Positions 9,662 to 20,399 are shown, counted from the first letter of the stretch. The stretch: 64,000 bases of DNA from Sedimentisphaerales bacterium (GCA_963708075.1 OY970194.1:2560001-2624000), one strand, 5' to 3'. The notes: a model not told the origin generated them from the letters alone. Program-made: numbers and translations.

Positions 9662-11149
9662 TCACACCACCTGTGCCTTGAAACCGCAGAGTTGACAGAA
9701 GTCTCTTACCTGATGCTTGTAGTCGCCGTAGAAGAAGATCTGGTGGAAGCCGGGGAAGTTGAGCACTTCCTGGCCGCCGTCGAACTTGACTTTCACCGAG
9801 ACGACGCATCCGCCGCTGGGCGGGACCTCTTTGTTCTCGACGACTGTCCCGGCAGACACAAGGACAGTGGACCGGGCCTCCTCCCCCGTCGCTCCGTCGC
9901 GTCCGGGCAGCAGATCGATGCTCGTGACACGCCGGCCCTTGCGCCAGAGGGTACGGGGTACGGCGTCGCGGTTGCCGTGGTGGTGCTTGATGTCGAACGG
10001 CTCGGGAGCCTCGTCGTAACCGTTCAGCCGCGTCGGGCAGGAGCAGTGCGCACCGATGATGGTGTCGTCGGCCGTATCCGCCACAGGGTCCTGCTGGAAG
10101 CCCGGCCGATCGAACAGGTAATGGACCATCACCAGCGAGGCCACGGCCCCGTAGTCCGCCTCGCATGCCGCCGGGATACCGTCATCGTTCATCCGCGACC
10201 ACGCGATGCACGGCAGGCTCACCTGAATATTGCCCAGCGCGCCGAGACAATCCATCGTGATCGCGTCACCGCCCTCGCGTTCGAGCAACTTGCCAGCAAC
10301 ATAGTAACTCTTGAGCCCGTTGATGACATCTTGGCGGGTCGCATCGACTCGCCGCCGAGCCCGTTTCATGTACTCATCCGCCATCGCCAGGATGTCCTCG
10401 CTGTCCGGCGTCCGTCGATATTCCTCAATAAATGTTGAGGCGGGGACATGCTTGAGCGTGATGCCCGTGTCGGCCAGCACGGAATCGTATCGTTTGTTCC
10501 CCTGGATCGCCACGCAGCAGGTCTTACGCATTTTCGCTTCCGCACAGAGCATCTTCATGCCGTATGCCGCCTGACTGAAATCGTCCGTCGAGTACACCAC
10601 ACATCCCGGCGCCCCCGCGAACTCAGCGGTGTTCGTCGTGAAGGACGATCCCAGCGGCGAATAGACAATCGACGGAATGCCGCTCTGGGCCACCTTTTGC
10701 GCCGTCGGCCAGGCATGCTCCTGCCGGTCCAGCATCACCAGCACGAGACCATCGACTTTCGCGGCCTGCGCCTCCGCCAGCCACGCCTGTCCCTCAGCGA
10801 GGCTGTAGATTGGCTCCTGTCGCAGTCTCAGTTCCGCTCCAAGTTGCGATGCGGTATCGGTGACCTTCGCCGTGTACATCCTGAGTGCCGCCTCACCGTC
10901 GTAGACCGCTCCGGGCCACCGGATGCCGTACTCCCCCTTCCGCCGCACGAATGCCGCCCGCAGCGTGGGCGTGTACTTCGCCGCCGGACCGCACTGCCGG
11001 ATGGGGGCCACATTGGCCCGCCGACTCAATGACGAGCACCCCGCCACCACAGACGAGCCGGCAAGAAGCACCGCAGAGCCTTTGAGAAACCTGCGCCGAC
11101 TCACACACCCTTCGCCGTGACAATGCACAGGACACCTTCCAGCAGTCAT
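9662..11149 (-). CDS. Tat-exported L-fucose-isomerase-like protein
   Basis: SRRRFLK Tat motif, DAITMDCL, PCIAWSRMNDDGIPAACEAD, AHC, C-terminal GFHQ. Confidence 0.6.
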   Translation of the reverse strand: MTAGRCPVHCHGEGCVSRRRFLKGSAVLLAGSSVVAGCSSLSRRANVAPIRQCGPAAKYTPTLRAAFVRRKGEYGIRWPGAVYDGEAALRMYTAKVTDTASQLGAELRLRQEPIYSLAEGQAWLAEAQAAKVDGLVLVMLDRQEHAWPTAQKVAQSGIPSIVYSPLGSSFTTNTAEFAGAPGCVVYSTDDFSQAAYGMKMLCAEAKMRKTCCVAIQGNKRYDSVLADTGITLKHVPASTFIEEYRRTPDSEDILAMADEYMKRARRRVDATRQDVINGLKSYYVAGKLLEREGGDAITMDCLGALGNIQVSLPCIAWSRMNDDGIPAACEADYGAVASLVMVHYLFDRPGFQQDPVADTADDTIIGAHCSCPTRLNGYDEAPEPFDIKHHHGNRDAVPRTLWRKGRRVTSIDLLPGRDGATGEEARSTVLVSAGTVVENKEVPPSGGCVVSVKVKFDGGQEVLNFPGFHQIFFYGDYKHQVRDFCQLCGFKAQVV

Positions 11150-11305
11150 CGTGACCTCCCGTAACTAAGACAATGGAGAGCAGCACGGGCCCAGGCCCAT
11201 CCTGCACGGCCTATAGCAATGTATGGTAAGACGTGCGACGGGGAATTCAAGGATTTCCCGAGAACAAGTATGGACACGATTCTCGTGCCGCGCTATCATT
11301 TTGCT

Positions 11306-12289
11306 ATGAGAGCGCAATGTCCATTCTTGTGTGTCCTGATGGTTGCTGTGATGGGCGAAGCCGCCGAGGGGCCAACTGTGCCGGACGGCCTGCCTGTCTT
11401 TCGGCACCATTCCATTGTGCTCGACTACAAAGACCTCAAGTACAATCCCTGCAATGATGTCATTATCCCGAGTGTGGTCCGTACGCAGCCGCACTTTTCA
11501 AAGCCGTTGGGGCGCTGCTATCTGTACTACGCGCCTCACAACGCGCCGGGTGGCATCTGCCTGGCCTACGCTGACCGGCTGGAGGGACCGTGGAAGGAGT
11601 ACGAGGCGAATCCGATCATCCGCCGGGACTGGCCGCCCCACCACAAGGTGTCTCACGTGTCAGGCCCAGAGGCGATCTGGATCGAGGAGGAGCACAAGCT
11701 GTTTCTCTACTATCACGGCGAGAACAACGTGACGCGCCTGGCCTCCAGCACCAACGGCATCGACTTCCAGTATGAAGGCGTGGCCGTCACGGCGGACATG
11801 TTCGACCGCGTCAGCGAGGCGTCCTACGCGAGGGTGTTTCGCTACACGATTCCCGGCCAGGACAACCGCTATATCATGCTGCTGATGGGCAACAATGAGG
11901 GCACGCGGAAGATCTACCTCGCAACGTCAGGCGACGGACGCAAGTGGCAACCTCGTCGCACACCGCTGCTGGTCCCGCCGCCCGGCGCCAGTCAGGTCGC
12001 CCAGGCCTGGTATTTCCCCTGGCGAGGCAAGCATTACGTCATCTACCACGCCCACCAGGCGGGGAACGAGACATATGCCTCCTTGCACGTCAGTGAAGTG
12101 GACGCCGCGTTCGAACACACGCAGCACCTCGGCGTGTTCTACGACCGCACGTCCGTCTCGCCCGACAACGTGGCGCAGATGAGCCCGTGCTTTGTCACCG
12201 AGGGCAGCCGGCTCTATCTCTTCACGAACATCGGCCCGCGCCTGAACCAGAAGATCGCCCTGGCCATCGCGGACATCCCAGCCAAGTAG
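11306..12289 (+). CDS. Secreted five-bladed beta-propeller glycosidase-like protein
   Basis: Signal peptide, YLYYAPH, GICLAYADRLEGPWKEY, HVSGPE, LFLYYHG, SYARVF. The ORF track starts at 11219; 11306 fits the signal peptide better. Confidence 0.6.
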   Translation: MRAQCPFLCVLMVAVMGEAAEGPTVPDGLPVFRHHSIVLDYKDLKYNPCNDVIIPSVVRTQPHFSKPLGRCYLYYAPHNAPGGICLAYADRLEGPWKEYEANPIIRRDWPPHHKVSHVSGPEAIWIEEEHKLFLYYHGENNVTRLASSTNGIDFQYEGVAVTADMFDRVSEASYARVFRYTIPGQDNRYIMLLMGNNEGTRKIYLATSGDGRKWQPRRTPLLVPPPGASQVAQAWYFPWRGKHYVIYHAHQAGNETYASLHVSEVDAAFEHTQHLGVFYDRTSVSPDNVAQMSPCFVTEGSRLYLFTNIGPRLNQKIALAIADIPAK

Positions 12290-12469
12290 ATTTCAGGGCC
12301 CTCCTCTGTCAAGATGAGAGACACGGGTGGCAGCGGCAAGCGGAGTCTTCGGAGCTTGCCGATGGTGTTGATGCCTGTCCTACGAGCCATCGGCAAGCTG
12401 CGCTTGCCGCTGCCACCCATCACAGGGCCGAATGCAAAGCGACGTACATCCACCGTTGCAGGGACGACT

Positions 12470-14161
12470 TCAAGGATTTACGGGCCAGAAGACGGAGTCG
12501 CCGGTCTTCGTGTCCCACATCCGTGGATTTCCCTTGCGGTCCGTGCCTGGGGTGCCACCGTCATCCTTGAAATCCGATCCCACGCTGTAGAGCGTGAAAT
12601 GATCCGTGGCGGGCCTGTAGACCAGCGGATCGCGGCTATAGGGATCGGCCGGCAGAGCGTCGATGTATCCGGCCTGTTTCAGTTCATCGAGCGAGGCCGG
12701 GTAAGCCCCCTTCTCCTGGCGGTACCGCTGGAGGGCCAGGACTGTCATTGTTGCTTCGTGGAAAGCCTTGCCACGAAATGCAATTTCCGCCGCCCGATCC
12801 AGTGCCGGGGCCAGGAGGTGAATCACGGCATATCGATATTCCGGCAGCGACCTCAGAGGATCATCCGTTCCTGGCGTTTGCCCGGTGTGCTTTTCGTAGG
12901 GGCTCAGCTTCGCAAGCCTTACCTGTTCATCGAAGAACCAGTTGGCCTTTGCGGTCGTCTTGCTGCGTCCTGCGTGGACCAGGCTCATGGCCGCAAAAAG
13001 CGGCACTACAATCGGTCCGGAATCGTCATTGCGTGCTTCCGTCCCTGCCATGAAGTCGTACAGCCTCATGGCTCCGGAGAAGGCCATGTGTCCGCCGCCG
13101 GGACCGCCCTCGGTGAAGACACGCTGGATCGTGTCCAGGATTCCCAGCCGTTCCGCCTCGAGATCGATCGGCGGATACCGCCCTGCATAAAGGGCGGCCA
13201 TTTGCCGTTGCAGGTTCGCCAACTCTGCGGCAGGCAAATCGCGCGTGCGAACGATCCTGAGCATCTCCTCGTGCGCCCTTTGACTCATCGCCAGGCCCAC
13301 AAGTTGTTCGATCAGGATTTCGCCCTGCTGCCAATGCCGTCCGGCTCGCGCCACCGCCAGACAATCCTCGACCGCCTGTTGAGAATCGCCTCGCTCCAAA
13401 GCCACCCGCGACCGCCAGATAGCACATCTGCCGAGGTCACGAAGCGAACTCAGGTGCGGCAGGAGGACACCCATGACCCACGGGTCCTTCATGTTAGGAT
13501 CGGTGGCATACGGCCTGCAGCAGTACAACATGGCGGCTGCCGTCGTGAATTCCTGCAACGCGGCCTCGTTTTTCTCGACCCACTGCGAGATTGCCGCACG
13601 CGTCTCGTCGGACAAGGCACTGATGGACCGATACTCGTGTCCACGGGATCCCCTGAGAACGGCCTGTAGCTCTGGTTCGTCACCTGGCTCCACGAACGCG
13701 GCAATCGCCTTCTCATAGTGCGGCCAGGCGTTGTCCTGCTCGGCAATCTCCGGCCGGCTCATCTGGTTCAGCACGGCTACATAGTCCACGCTTGGACTCG
13801 GCGTGCCGCTGAGAGACCAGCCCGCGTAGACAACGAACAAGAGCAGCAACACGCCAGCGCCTTGGGCCGTGCGAACCATCGCCGTCGCCCACAGGGGTCG
13901 GCATCGCTTCTTCGCCCGCCGGCACAGGATCGCCAGCAGCTTGGCATCGCCGAACTCCGAGATCAGCCGCTGTACCCTCTGCTCGCGCTCCTGGGCACTC
14001 GTGCAGCCGCGCAAGTCATCCTCGAAGTGTGCCGTCAGCTCAGCCTGCACGTCCTCTGCGGCCTTTTTGCGGTATCGCATCCTCCGACCGATCTGCCGGA
14101 TGAATTCCGCCGCACAAGCAGGCAGGTCCCCGCCACGGTTTTCACTGGGCTTGTTCTCCAT
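12470..14161 (-). CDS. PadR-associated membrane-anchored protein (permease-prefix-like N-terminus, GspG-like C-terminus)
   Basis: N-terminal AEFIRQIGRRM...AELTAHFED...FGD, one TM, C-terminal GAYPASLDEL...DPY...LYSVGSDFKDDGG. Directly downstream of padR. Confidence 0.65.
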   Translation of the reverse strand: MENKPSENRGGDLPACAAEFIRQIGRRMRYRKKAAEDVQAELTAHFEDDLRGCTSAQEREQRVQRLISEFGDAKLLAILCRRAKKRCRPLWATAMVRTAQGAGVLLLLFVVYAGWSLSGTPSPSVDYVAVLNQMSRPEIAEQDNAWPHYEKAIAAFVEPGDEPELQAVLRGSRGHEYRSISALSDETRAAISQWVEKNEAALQEFTTAAAMLYCCRPYATDPNMKDPWVMGVLLPHLSSLRDLGRCAIWRSRVALERGDSQQAVEDCLAVARAGRHWQQGEILIEQLVGLAMSQRAHEEMLRIVRTRDLPAAELANLQRQMAALYAGRYPPIDLEAERLGILDTIQRVFTEGGPGGGHMAFSGAMRLYDFMAGTEARNDDSGPIVVPLFAAMSLVHAGRSKTTAKANWFFDEQVRLAKLSPYEKHTGQTPGTDDPLRSLPEYRYAVIHLLAPALDRAAEIAFRGKAFHEATMTVLALQRYRQEKGAYPASLDELKQAGYIDALPADPYSRDPLVYRPATDHFTLYSVGSDFKDDGGTPGTDRKGNPRMWDTKTGDSVFWPVNP

Positions 14162-14179
14162 GGTACACCTCCCCGGCTC

Positions 14180-14524
14180 TCACATCGCCGCTTTCAGAGC
14201 ACCACCCAGGATAATGTCCAGGCCTTTGGTCAGTTCCTGGAGCTGGGCCTTCTGCCGGGCGAGGTCCTCCTCGCCTTTGCCGGTAATCGAGTAATAGCGT
14301 CTCTTGCGACCGGAGTCGGTCGTCTCCCACTTGCCCTTGACCAGCTTCTTGGCCTCCAGATTGTAGAGCAGCGGGTACAGCGTCCCCTTGCCCAGCGTCA
14401 GGATATCGCCGCTTCGCTGCTCGACGGCCTGGCTCAATTCGTACCCGTACATGGGCCCCCGCGACAGAATCTGCAGTACCGCCACGGGCGCCACGCCCTT
14501 GAGCAATTGACTTTCGAATCGCAT
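14180..14524 (-). CDS. PadR family transcriptional regulator
   Basis: GGAGG RBS before MRFESQLLKG; PMYGYEL, GTLYPLLYNLE, GRKRRYYSITGKG. Confidence 0.93.
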   Translation of the reverse strand: MRFESQLLKGVAPVAVLQILSRGPMYGYELSQAVEQRSGDILTLGKGTLYPLLYNLEAKKLVKGKWETTDSGRKRRYYSITGKGEEDLARQKAQLQELTKGLDIILGGALKAAM

Positions 14525-14563
14525 GTCAACCTCCTGTTCTCCAGTATCGTGCATTGTTATGTT

Positions 14564-14598
14564 TCACATAGTATGTTATGCATACTATGTGATGTCAA
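14564..14598 (-). promoter_or_regulatory. padR promoter overlapped by a perfect 12-bp inverted repeat (putative operator)
   Basis: TCACATAGTATG-ttatg-CATACTATGTGA at 14564-14592. On the minus strand, TTGACA (14598-14593)-17 bp-CATACT (14575-14570). Confidence 0.75.
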
Positions 14599-14712
14599 AC
14601 AAAAAAAGCCGGCCAGGGAAAAAATCTTCGCTCCCCAAAATCCCTGTCACATTTCCCCGCGGCCGGTTTCTATGATAGAAAGAGGTCGTACGGAAAGTAC
14701 TGGAGATTCGGG

Positions 14713-17700
14713 ATGTTCGGAAGGCTGAGAAGAAAGACGGCCGAGGCACAGGATGTCGCGTCGCTGCTAAAGGCGAGCCTCCAGGGCAGCACGCAGGCTT
14801 TCGAGGCGATCGTCGGGCGATACCAGTCGCTCGTCTGCACGATCACCTACAGCGGCACCGGCAGCGTGGAGAAGAGCGAGGAGCTCGCTCAGGAGACGTT
14901 CCTGCGGGCCTGGAAGAGCCTGGATCAGCTCCATGACCCGGCCAGGTTCCGCGCCTGGCTGTGCAGCATCGCCCGCAGCACGGTGCAGAACTGGTTTCGC
15001 AGCCGCAAGCTGGATGTAGTCGGCAAGGCGGCCCCGCTGGACACCGCCGTCGAGAAGGCCTCCGAGGAGGCTGGACCTGTGGAGGCCGCCATGATGAAAG
15101 AGCAGCAAGCCGTCGTCGCGCACGCCCTGAACCGCATCCCCGAATCGCTCCGCGAGCCGCTGATCCTGTTCTATCGCGAGCAGAAGTCCGTACGGGAGGT
15201 CGCCGGGCAACTGGGAGTCTCGGAGAACGCCGCCAGGCAGCGAATCTCGCGAGGCAGAAGCATGCTCCGCGACCAGGTGGCCGACATCGTGGAGACGACG
15301 ATCTCTCGCACGAAGCCCGGCAAAGCCTTCACCACGGCCGTTATCGCCGCCGTTGCCGCCACAGCCGCAAAGACCACAACCACCGCCGTAGCCGCAACGG
15401 CAGTCGCCGCCGTCGTGACCAACTCCTCCGGCACGACGGCCGTCTTGTCAGGCGTGACAGCCAAGGTCATCGCACTGGCTGCCGGTGTCGTCATCGTCAC
15501 TGGCGGCGTGGTCGCCTACAGGCACCTGACCAAACCAGACCAGTCGCCGGTTGCCAGTTCTCAGTTGTCAGTTGGCGGCTCCGCAGAAAGCGACCTACAG
15601 CCAGAGGCCGGCGAATCGCAGGCGGGTGCCGCGGTGCCATCATCCGTCGTCCCTGCTGCAGATCGAGATTCCGCACTCCGCATTCCGAATTCCGAACTCG
15701 TCGCCCCATATGCAGAGCGGGACAGGTCAAGCGCCATCGTGACTCCGGCGGAAACCCGCCCTTACGAGTTCTCGCCCAAAGGCGTCCTCAGCGGCCGAAT
15801 CACGGATGTTGACACCGGCGAGCCCGTCCGTGATGCCATGGTTCAGATATCGATGAGTCGCATATTCTACGCTCGAACCGACGCCAACGGGTTCTATTCG
15901 TTCGACAGGGTCCACGAGGCCGGAAGCTTTCAGGTTCTCGGTCTTTTCGTTGGAGTACGTGGGCGTCGCACGGGATGCAAGGAATCCGGCCGTGTATCTC
16001 AGCAATGACAAGCAGGCCATCAAGCACTTCCAACTGCCCAAAGCGTGCATGGTGGATGTCTGGGTGACGGACCCGAACGGGGTCCCGCTGCCCAAAACAA
16101 ACGTTATTGTCACGTCGCTGGTCGACGACCGCTCGCGCGAGATCGGCGATTCAGCCCGCCTGCGGCAGACCGATCCCAACGGCTACATCCTGCTCGGCGG
16201 CATCCCGGCGGCCCGAACAGATTACCTGATCACGGTCTGGCACACAGCGGAACGGAAGCCGGACGAGATGCGCGAGGAGTACGACTACGCCCCGGCCGGC
16301 ATGGTCCTGCAATTGACAGATCCGAATGTGGTCAAGCAGGTGCGGATCACGTTGCAGGAAGGCCAGGACGTGCACGGATATGCCCAATATGCAGACGGCG
16401 TGCCGGCAAGCGACATCGAGATTTCCCCCAAACCCGCCTGGTGGCACTGCAACTACAGCGTTCTGCACGTTCCGGTCGATCCCAACGGCACGTTCACCCT
16501 CAAGCACATCACCCCCGGCATGTATAAGATCGGGATGTATGTCCCCAGGCCGGATAAGCGCGGCGGCACCCTGAGCACAATCGGGCAGGCCCAGCTTCCG
16601 CCGGACGACGGGCAGCCGCTCATCGTCCAAATCCCGGGCAAGTCTCCCCAATCGCTGGCCTCCATCAGCGGCAGGCTCATCTTCGTCGGCGAGAAGAAAC
16701 CGGACTCCGTGGATATCACCACCCGCTCTCCGAGCGGCGACAGTACCTTCACCAATGTCATGCATAAGCCGAATGGCGAATTGGATGACACCTTCACACT
16801 GGATCGGTTGGAGCCCGGGATATACACGCTGCAATTCTCCGGCACGAACATGGAAGACAAGACGATCCGGAACGTCGTGGCGCCAAGCGAGGGACTTGAG
16901 GTCGAGTTAGTGTACGCGGCCAAGCCCCGCCTGACAGGTACGGTGATGGACGGCAAGACGGGCGAGCCAATCCGCAACTTCCGCGTCCGTATACGGAAAG
17001 TCCGGACGCTCCGTGACCCCAACTACACACAGCAGGACCGGTGGACACATGTCGAAAATGAGCGAGGCTCTTTCAGTATAGATACGGTCGGGCCGGGGGT
17101 ATACCAGGTTCAGGCGGCCGCCGACGGATACGCCCCGCGGTGGAGCGACGAAATCAACACCGACCGGCCGGGACAAACAACGGTCGCGTTGTCACCCGGG
17201 GGGACTGTTACAGGCATGGTCGTCAATAACAGAGGCGAGCCGGTTGACGGGGCCAGGATCATCCCGCTATCTCTGGCCGGCGGAGCCATGCCTCAGACGA
17301 AGGATGACTTCGTGTACGAGGAGGGAGCGGCTACGACGGCCGCCGGCGCGTTCACGTTGTCGAATCTGCCCCCCGGCGTCGAAACGCTCAGGGTCACGCA
17401 CCCGGACTACGTATTCGCAATCGCGGACAACATCCCCGTGGTCGAAGGCAAGACTGCCGATGGAGTGCGTGTCATTCTGACTTCCGGCGGCACAGTCGAG
17501 GGCTATGTGTATGATGATCAGGGCAAACCACAGGCGGCTCAGGCGATCTACTTCCGGAATGAGAGCGGCTACAGCGGAACGGCCGAGGAAGCCGCCGGAC
17601 TACTTGGCTCGGCCGTAACCGACAGCAATGGGTTCTATCAGGTCTCTCACCTGCCCGAGAAGCTGTGTCACGTCATGAGGGGCGATGGCTGGTCCGGCAC

Positions 17701-18822
17701 GGGCGTCGTGTACAGAGTAGTCGTACCCAGCAGCGGCGAAGTCGCCCGGCTGGACTTCGGCGGCACGGCTCTCGTCACTGGTGTCGCGGTCATCGATGGG
17801 ACGCCGCTGGCCAAAACCCGGCTCCTGTTGGGGGCCACCGATTCGTACTATTCCGGCCCGTTCCGCTGCTTCGCCACGACCGATGAGCAGGGCGCCTTCG
17901 TGTTCCGCGGGGTGTCGCGGGGCACACACGCCGTCTACTACGCCCGGTCGGACAGACAGAACGATTGGCTCAAGGTCGCCACCTTCACGGTCGCTGATAC
18001 GGACTTGGACCTCGGCGTAATTCCGCACGAAGCATCAAGCCTGATGGTGACCATCGATGTTCCTGAAGCGGATCCCGCCTGGCAGATTGAGGACGTGTTC
18101 ATCTCGGACAGCGATCGGCCGACCGTTGGCAGATACCGCGACGCGGAGGCGCCGACCGTTGCAAGCGGGCCGTGGCTGTTTGACAACGTTGCGGCAGGCC
18201 TCTACACGCTGACAGTCGCTCGCCGGGATGGTGTCCGCTGGCGAACGAAAGTCGATCTCAAGCCCGGTCAAGGTCCCTGGCAAATCACTGTAACCGCTCC
18301 CCAAGGCAGTGCGAGAGTGTCCGGGCGTGTCCACGGCGATGCGAATTGGCTGGCCCTCTGGCGGGAAGGGAAAGACGTGTGGTCTCTGGTCCTCGCGAGA
18401 AACGGGCGCAGTTCTCCATTGCCGACCTGCCCGTGGGCAAGTACTTCATCGGCACCGACCCTGCCTTCCTCTTCGAAATGCCTGCCCTGATGGAGTTTAC
18501 GCTCCGTGAGGGCGAGGACAAAGTAATCAATGTGGACACATCGGCGGAGCCAAAAAGCCAGATGGGTTTCCTGGTGGTGCTCGTCGTGGACGAGAAGGTC
18601 GCTCCACGCAACGATGTTCATGCCTGGCTCGAAGGGCCGCAAGGGGCCGTAGAGCCGCTCGAATGGTCGGTATCCGGCCACTGCTTCGCCGCTGCCCCCG
18701 GCACGTACACGCTTCATGTGGAAGCCGCCGGATACAAGCCGATCAGGACAAGCATAACCCTCAGACCCTTCGGACCGGCAGGCGGCAAAGCACAAACTCG
18801 CACGGTTCACCTGCAACCATGA
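14713..18822 (+). CDS. ECF sigma factor fused via a TM helix to repeated carboxypeptidase-regulatory-like beta-sandwich domains (two frameshifts, ~15935 and ~18405)
   Basis: Sigma region 2 (AFEAIVGRYQ, EELAQETFLRAW, FRAWLCSIAR), region 4 (LREPLILFY, AARQRISRGR), Ala/Thr linker, TM, then repeats such as LSGRITDVDTGEPV and TDANGFY continuing through ORFs 15950-18490 and 18346-18822. Confidence 0.85.
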
Positions 18823-18917
18823 AGCGTGCAAAGGCTGGCGGACGGCGGTAAAATGCGCATGTCGGAGGTCCGAACGGGACCATTGACAGATATTGTCCCA
18901 ATATGCGCGGGGCCGCG

Positions 18918-18986
18918 GTGCAACGAGATGAGGAACTGATCGAGCGGATGAACGAGGGCGATGCGGACGCCTTCGAGGTCCTCTAC
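18918..18986 (+). pseudogene. N-terminal stub of an ECF sigma factor
   Basis: VQRDEELIERMNEGDADAFEVLY resembles an ECF N-terminus. Similarity ends at the stop codon of the opposing R-M remnant. Confidence 0.55.
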
Positions 18987-19460
18987 TCCGGTATCTCTCT
19001 CACCCCATATAGCGTGCACACTAGGCCATCGATTTCTTTCTCGTGCGCCTCTACCTCACGCTCAAGTTGCTCTCGCTCGTGGTCGGAAAGATGTGCATCT
19101 GCCAGCCTCTTCTTTCCTTTGATGATTCCGACCACACGGTCATTTACCTGCTTGCCAAGGTGCTTTTCCTCTCGTGTCTTTGGGACCTTGATGGGCAATT
19201 GTCCCATGAACTGCGGAAATGGGCGAAACCAACCGCCACGTAGGGTCGTCGAGATGCTTTTCAGATAGTCACTGAGCAAACGGCTATTCAGGAGACATAG
19301 GAAATACAGCAGTAGGTCAGCGTGGGCACCCGAGGAGTTTCCAAAGAGGATCGATGTACTCCTGCCTGATAACTGCCTCAGGCGTACCCTGATCCTTAAG
19401 GGCTTTGTGATTCTCCCGAAAGGCTTGCACAAGCTTTCTGACCTGCGTCACATCCTACAT
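18983..19460 (-). pseudogene. Internally deleted type IIG (Eco57I-like) restriction-modification gene
   Basis: ATG at 19460 is followed at once by TAG, then VTQVRKLVQAFRENHKALKDQGTPEAVIRQEYIDPLWKLLG (type IIG N-terminus). This joins out of frame near 19327 to LYFLCLLNSRLL...LRGGWFRPFPQFMGQLPIK...EIDGLVCTLYGV (typical C-terminus). Confidence 0.75.
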
Positions 19461-19912
19461 CCGCGCGTGCTCCAAAGCGTTTTCCCAAAGTGCGGCTGTC
19501 CGCCCTCTCAGCTGGCTACGGATTATGGGTTGGCGATGGCAGGTCGTCAACCCTGGTTGCCCCTGCCGGGTCCATTAACCACGCCAGAGAGCCGCCGAGA
19601 GGCCCTATAACCCTATCGGTCAGATTCAGCAGACAACTTGACCTTGTCTGGAAGCCGTGGAAACAGACCTCCATTGATGGATGCCTTCTGCCCCAGCCGT
19701 AAAAATACAGGGCTGCAAGTCTCTGGGCTACAATGGTTTGCAGGTATTTTCACTACCCAACAGAAATCTCTGCAACATCCCGACTCCCGGGAGCGTCTTT
19801 AGCATATGGTCTGATGCCCATGTCTCACCCGGCGCCGGCGCCAGGCCAGGCGGCCTTGCTCAATCATAAATCGTCATTCATAAATGCCCGGAGGACTTCC
19901 AATGGCAAGTAT

Positions 19913-20315
19913 GCGAAACAAAGCCAATTACGGGCCGGAGGCCCTTGGGATTGCGGAATGTGGTTTGCGGATTGCGGATTGAAGAGTACGAGAGTGTCAT
20001 GGCGGGCCTCCAGCGGCAAGCGTGCGAAACAAAGCCAATTTCAAGGAAGCGGGCAGGAGGCAACGACCGGCATCGCGTGAAACAAAGCCAATTTACCCTG
20101 GCAGACAGATGGCGTGCACGGCATACCCCACGAGTGGCGGCGAACGCGCTGCGCCAAACAAAGCCAATTTTCGAGGCCAACCCCCTGCGCAGCAGGGACG
20201 CATCGTGCGAAACAAAGCCAATTTGCATGGACGGCAAGTGGATCGTAAGTACTGGTCTGGGAAAGAGTTATAAGGAAGAATGAGAACGATGCGTCTGCGA
20301 AAACAAAGCCAATTT
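19913..20315 (+). repeat. Six irregularly spaced direct repeats, core AAACAAAGCCAATT
   Basis: Identical 14-bp core starts at 19916, 20027, 20080, 20156, 20210 and 20301 (periods 111, 53, 76, 54, 91), mostly in the context GCG-core-T. Confidence 0.95.
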
Positions 20316-20399
20316 ACGGGGCTTGGTTCCTCGTATTGAGAGAAACGGTACAATGCCCGGGATCGTGTCGGTCGGAGTGCATGTGTCGAGGTCAATAAG

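Noticed and set aside
19913..20315. CRISPR array
   Set aside because: The repeat is only 14-18 bp and non-palindromic, periods vary from 53 to 111 bp, and no cas genes are in the window.
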